DNA of 64,000 nt from a virus (lineage: Duplodnaviria; Heunggongvirae; Uroviricota; Caudoviricetes): positions 24,033 to 88,032 of IMG/VR virus record IMGVR_UViG_3300035208_002853. The stretch is one strand, 5' to 3'. Each line of letters starts with the position of its first letter. Within the stretch, counting starts at the first letter, position 1. Positions 60,252 to 64,000 of this stretch are shown here, one piece after another. The notes beneath the pieces are model-generated. The model was not told the DNA's origin. It ran no database searches and was given only the letters and a program-made list of their open reading frames with translations. Position numbers and translations under genes: made by a program.

Positions 60252-60803
60252 ATGTCTAAAACTTACTACATTGTCCTTAATCAAGACAAAGTAATCAACG
60301 CTCTCGCGGATGAAGTATTCGATGAAGTGGGTGGACAAAATGGTTATCACGGGATTCATATTCATCCTGCGGTATTGGATGCATATGAACATGGGACTCT
60401 CGATTACCCTTGGGTTACAAAAGTAACTTGGCACCAGAACGGGAACTACTATCCGCCTGGATCAGGCCACATATCACAGTTCGGACTAATGGATTTCTTT
60501 AATGAGGATGCGCTTCACGATTCAGGCGTAATGAGTGAAACCCTCTCAGAGGTTCGTTCCGATGCAAGGCGGGAATGGGCATTAGAGAATAATTTCGAAT
60601 TTGAGGATGTAGAGGAAAATTTCTTGGATGAGGATTGGAGATATTATGAGGCCGTCCAGGAAATTATAGAGGAATGGGAACAGACAACTCTAGATTTATT
60701 TAGAGAACAGGCGGCGGTTAATAGGCTGGAAGAGGTAGTGGACGAACCAGAAAGCGAGTCTGAAAATCAGATAACTTATATTTATAAAATTATATGGGAG
60801 TAA
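60252..60803 (+). CDS. hypothetical highly acidic protein
   Basis: 183-aa ORF. Confidence 0.4.
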   Translation: MSKTYYIVLNQDKVINALADEVFDEVGGQNGYHGIHIHPAVLDAYEHGTLDYPWVTKVTWHQNGNYYPPGSGHISQFGLMDFFNEDALHDSGVMSETLSEVRSDARREWALENNFEFEDVEENFLDEDWRYYEAVQEIIEEWEQTTLDLFREQAAVNRLEEVVDEPESESENQITYIYKIIWE

Positions 60804-60809
60804 TCTCAG

Positions 60810-61019
60810 GTGAAACAAATTAGTACCGAGGAAGAAGAGATCTTGAAACTTCTTCCTAATAAACCTTTTATGTCCCGCAATATAAAATCAGACAAAGGAA
60901 GCGTTAAGGTTGCTTTCATCTTAAGATCTCTGGAAGAAAGAGGGTTGGTGAAGCGGGCGGGGAGATGTGGTAAACTTGGGAGGTATATACTATGGAAGAG
61001 GACAGGTAAAATAATGTAA
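60810..61019 (+). CDS. small winged-helix DNA-binding protein
   Basis: SDKGSVKVAFILRSLEERGLVKR recognition-helix/wing-like; GTG start. Confidence 0.4.
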   Translation: MKQISTEEEEILKLLPNKPFMSRNIKSDKGSVKVAFILRSLEERGLVKRAGRCGKLGRYILWKRTGKIM

Positions 61020-61247
61020 TTATTTTTTTTTAAAAAAATATTATTTCAATTCTTCCTTTTCAATCTCTTCTAGTAGCCGATCCGTGGCGCGAAGGGTATT
61101 AGATTACTCGTCAGGAACAAGCTTAAGTCTCTTCGAACTCCCCGGAATAAATAAGTCATTATAGCGGGCCAAGGCTGCATCGAGATCATCTTTTAATTTT
61201 AGGTCTTGCATCACGCAGCCGACGCTTACTAAAAAATTATTAGGCAT

Positions 61248-61454
61248 TTAGGATACCTCCGCTGGCTCAGTATCGTACTGGTCCCATCCATCGGGAGCGT
61301 TTAAACCCTCGGTGCTGCCTGTGTGACCGTCCGAGCCAGATATTTCTCGACCCAACTGCTCTAAATTCTCGGCGGTATAATCGTCATCTGTCAGGCTTCT
61401 ACCTATAATAACTCCCGCGAAGTTATACCAAATTATCTGTATTTTAGAGGTCAT
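61248..61454 (-). CDS. hypothetical small protein
   Basis: ORF. Confidence 0.3.
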   Translation of the reverse strand: MTSKIQIIWYNFAGVIIGRSLTDDDYTAENLEQLGREISGSDGHTGSTEGLNAPDGWDQYDTEPAEVS

Positions 61455-61781
61455 CTAAATCCCCTCATCCATCGATATAATTGATATCGCTCCAAGAGTA
61501 ACCGCGCACCCGCCAGAGACGATAACTGCCCACATTGCGCCACCCGTACCTAATCCGTAGATTGCAATTATTGTGGCTACGCCAGCCATGAGGCCGTTAA
61601 AACGGGATGGGATGAGGAGGGCCATTTAGATCACCTCGCCCCTCATTGATCCGCGATACATACAATCTTTTCCGCAGACAACGCAAATACATCTCCTCTC
61701 GTCTTGCGATACGCACCCGATTACATCGTCATTTTCATTCGATTCTTCGAGTTGTTGGTCAAAAATAAATCTGGCTGGCAT

Positions 61782-62423
61782 TTAGATTACCTCCCCACCT
61801 GCCAACTTCGCCCTCGCATTTCTGGCCATCTTCGTATCCAGTAGCGGGCTTCCTTCCGGAATACCCTCACCAATAGCCAATTCATATTCTCCGTCGCTCA
61901 TAGCCAAAGCGCGACGCTTGGCACGGTACTCCACTATCGGCACGGTCCGCTCTTCGACCACACCTCGGCAGAACGAAAGACATCCATACCCGTCGTGGAT
62001 ATAGCCCTCTACCAGCTCGCCAATTGCGGCCACGCCGCCAAGATCTACTGCGTATTTTCCGTCTTTCCAATGGATCTCGTGGTTTCCGTTAGATACCATT
62101 ATTCTACCGTCTGGCATTCTGTACCCGAAATTTTCCTTGACCAACAGACCCGTTGGAAGGTAGAGATTGATATCGTCTGGAAGATTCCACTTCCGGGCCG
62201 CCTCCTTTGTGAGCGGCCAGATATACCATTTTCCGCCCTCAAATTCCGGAAACATTCTAGGATAATTGGGAGTGTGGCGATCTACTAGATCTTCCTTGGC
62301 GAGAGCCGTCCCTAACCCATTTGGACCATCGATCCCAGTAAACCCTTCCTGAATAGCCAATTCCCAAGGCCACGCGGCGTTGTCACGGACTTCCCGGACG
62401 ATCCGGGTAATATCGTGGGCCAT
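61782..62423 (-). CDS. hypothetical protein (GC-rich island)
   Basis: 213-aa ORF; local GC roughly 50-55%. Confidence 0.4.
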   Translation of the reverse strand: MAHDITRIVREVRDNAAWPWELAIQEGFTGIDGPNGLGTALAKEDLVDRHTPNYPRMFPEFEGGKWYIWPLTKEAARKWNLPDDINLYLPTGLLVKENFGYRMPDGRIMVSNGNHEIHWKDGKYAVDLGGVAAIGELVEGYIHDGYGCLSFCRGVVEERTVPIVEYRAKRRALAMSDGEYELAIGEGIPEGSPLLDTKMARNARAKLAGGEVI

Positions 62424-63074
62424 TTAAGCCACCCCATCAGGCCCGAATTCCACATACCACCCATAACCAACAGGTGGTTCTGGGGTCCAAAACATCTTAA
62501 ACGCCTCCACAGGGGTAATCTCTCCTCGCCAGCAATGGGCTTCGTGATCAGAATTAAATTCTGCGTCGGAGATATAGAATCCCCGATTCAATTTCGGGAC
62601 CCAAACATAGGTCGTCCCGTTAGAACGAGCCCAAAGGGCCTCATCCATGTAAGGGGCGAATTCTGCGGGGAGAGTCCGATTCGCCAGTCCCTTGTCTCCT
62701 GATATACAAATCCTTGTTCCTGGGAGGATTAGTCCCTTTATGGCTCCTTCGGTGAGGAACGGGAACCATGCGGTTATCTGCTCATACGGAAACTGAGCCC
62801 ACATAGATACGTGGAATTTCGGAGAATTCATAATTTCGTGATGACTCATAAGTCCGTCAGGAGTTACATAAATCGAGCCCTCGTCATCCCAAACGCTCAT
62901 GATCCAAGCCGCATATCCGCCGTAATTCTGTCGAACCATTTCTAGGGCATCTTCTCTAGAGATCTTCTTTGGAACTGCGGGAAACGTTCCTCTTAGAGAG
63001 AATTTTCCCGTCTCACTGTAGTCGAGAATTGCAGTACCATTTTCGCTTCCTACTGGAATAGTTAAAAACGACAT
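62424..63074 (-). CDS. hypothetical protein (GC-rich island)
   Basis: 216-aa ORF. Confidence 0.4.
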   Translation of the reverse strand: MSFLTIPVGSENGTAILDYSETGKFSLRGTFPAVPKKISREDALEMVRQNYGGYAAWIMSVWDDEGSIYVTPDGLMSHHEIMNSPKFHVSMWAQFPYEQITAWFPFLTEGAIKGLILPGTRICISGDKGLANRTLPAEFAPYMDEALWARSNGTTYVWVPKLNRGFYISDAEFNSDHEAHCWRGEITPVEAFKMFWTPEPPVGYGWYVEFGPDGVA

Positions 63075-63076
63075 TT

Positions 63077-63538
63077 TTAAGCCACCTCCCCATTCAATAT
63101 AGCCGCCATCTTTTCCGCCTTCTCTGAGATCTCTTCATATTCTTTCGCATATTTTTCAAGTTCGAGAGCATACAATCTCAAGAATTCTGGCAGTCTCTTA
63201 ATGGCGGCTTTCTTAATTGGCCTTCCGCAGTCTGTAATGACTTCGTTATCCACTTCCATTGTATCCGAAACGGAGTAGAGGCCCCAATCTTTTCTTACGG
63301 AAAGCCTATAATTTACTTTCCCGAAATATTCATGATTATCAGTATAAAATATTTCTGGATCTATAAATTTGATCCCCGCCTTCGGGCCTATAATCTCAAA
63401 ATACCTGTCGATTGATTTCAAAGCGGCACTGAGTTTATCGCTGTAGCGGACCAAGTTTTCTGCTCGCTCGTTTATGTACTGTACGGTTTCTGTAGCGATT
63501 CCTGTTTCGACTTCCGTCATCTCAATATTTCCATTCAT
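63077..63538 (-). CDS. hypothetical protein
   Basis: Start re-assigned to second ATG (MNGNIEMTEVE) behind AAGAGGAAAT SD. Confidence 0.4.
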   Translation of the reverse strand: MNGNIEMTEVETGIATETVQYINERAENLVRYSDKLSAALKSIDRYFEIIGPKAGIKFIDPEIFYTDNHEYFGKVNYRLSVRKDWGLYSVSDTMEVDNEVITDCGRPIKKAAIKRLPEFLRLYALELEKYAKEYEEISEKAEKMAAILNGEVA

Positions 63539-63592
63539 AGTATTTCCTCTTGGTATGGGACTTCCGCCCCACATCCAATACCTATAGAGGTG

Positions 63593-63615
63593 CTACTAGA
63601 ATAAATAGTTGTTGG
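63593..63615 (+). promoter_or_regulatory. plus-strand promoter-like ACTAGAATAAATAGTTGTTGGTATG pointing into the tandem repeat array
   Basis: 20/23 identical to copies at 1855 and 54502. Confidence 0.35.
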
Positions 63616-63625
63616 TATGTGCTGA

Positions 63626-64000
63626 CCTTAATTTTTCAAACCCAAAATCTAAGAAACTGAGATTAATTTTTCAAACCCAAAATCTAAGAAACTGAGATTA
63701 ATTTTTCAAACCCAAAATCTAAGAAACTGAGATTAATTTTTCAAACCCAAAATCTAAGAAACTGAGATTAATTTTCAGACTGGAAATCTAAGAAACTGAG
63801 ATTAATTTTCAGACTGGAAATCTAAGAAACTGGGATTAATTTTCAGACTGGAAATCTAAGAAACTGGGATTAATTTTCAAACTGGAAATCTAAGAAACTG
63901 GGATTAATTTTCAAACTGGAAATCTAAGAAACTGGGATTAATTTTCAAACTGGAAATCTAAGAAACTGGGATTAATTTTCAAACTGAAAATCTAAGAAAC
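63626..64000. repeat. tandem direct repeat array, at least 11 copies of a 34-35-bp unit, running off the window end
   Basis: Unit GATTAATTTT(T)-[CAAACCCAAAA | CAGACTGGAAA | CAAACTGGAAA]-TCTAAGAAACTG(A/G). Copies 1-4, 5-7 and 8-11 form three sub-families; no unique spacers. Confidence 0.9.

Noticed and set aside
63626-64000. Tandem repeat array as a CRISPR array
   Set aside because: Units are directly adjacent with no unique spacers. The 11-bp variable segment is itself repeated in blocks, and no cas genes are present.
1-64000. Archaeal virus interpretation (Hjc-like resolvase, prim-pol, TATA-like TTTATA/TAAATA motifs)
   Set aside because: Several motif copies sit only 17-21 nt upstream of the ATG with an SD in between. 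That is incompatible with a TATA box 25 nt upstream of the transcription start, but fits a bacterial -10-type (T4-late-like) element. The host is therefore most likely bacterial, although this is not proven.
1-64000. Alternative genetic code (stop-codon reassignment)
   Set aside because: Long genes (736, 802 and 686 aa) are uninterrupted, and TAA, TAG and TGA are all seen terminating well-supported ORFs, often in ATGA overlaps.

Overview
This 64-kb window is AT-rich (roughly 37% GC by eye) and looks like a segment of a large dsDNA bacteriophage genome. Genes are tightly packed in long co-directional blocks with frequent 4-nt ATGA start/stop overlaps. Ribosome-binding sites are strong AGGAG-type Shine-Dalgarno sequences. 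All three stop codons are used, and many products are small Zn-ribbon proteins. The strand blocks are: 1-43639 minus (one embedded plus gene), 43716-49278 plus, 49399-58460 minus, 58692-61019 plus, 61107-63574 minus.

Genes I can recognise from motifs:
- Anaerobic class III ribonucleotide reductase NrdD, a glutaredoxin-like protein and the NrdG activase, in the same co-directional minus-strand gene run as a Dam-type N6-adenine methyltransferase and a compact C5-cytosine methyltransferase.
- ATP-dependent DNA ligase, an RNA-ligase-like nucleotidyltransferase and a third KxDG-like protein.
- SNF2 helicase, DEDDh exonuclease and an HNH endonuclease.
- ThyA-family enzyme resembling pyrimidine-nucleotide hydroxymethylases, a SpoT/Mesh1-type HD (p)ppGpp hydrolase, and a dCTP-deaminase/dUTPase-family protein.
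- SPFH/band-7 protein, RyR-domain protein, DHH phosphoesterase, PPP-family metallophosphoesterase and an HslV-like Ntn peptidase.
- An Hjc-like Holliday-junction resolvase.
- A primase-polymerase/CHC2-Zn-finger/SF3-helicase fusion.
- A catalytically intact IS200/IS605-type TnpB.

Most notable observations:
1. Two radical-SAM/SPASM enzymes (one with atypical Cys spacing) lie next to an array of six translationally coupled paralogs that share an N-terminal RxGFVSNSSSSSF motif. This is a candidate peptide or protein maturation system, or alternatively a capsid-targeting system.
2. The TnpB element appears to be a recent insertion. It is flanked by an 11-bp direct repeat containing TTGAT and splits a small Zn-ribbon gene whose halves can be rejoined.
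3. The C5-methyltransferase reading frame has no ATG/GTG/TTG start and overlaps the nrdG stop codon.
4. A recurring TAAATAGT promoter family (reminiscent of the T4 late promoter) occurs on both strands. Four plus-strand copies sit inside minus-strand blocks with no coding gene to drive.
5. At least 11 copies of a 34-35-bp tandem direct repeat run off the window end, with a promoter pointing into them.
6. Two GC-rich islands interrupt the AT-rich background.
7. A (TAAAT)5 microsatellite sits immediately upstream of nrdD.

No tRNA, rRNA or CRISPR array could be supported.
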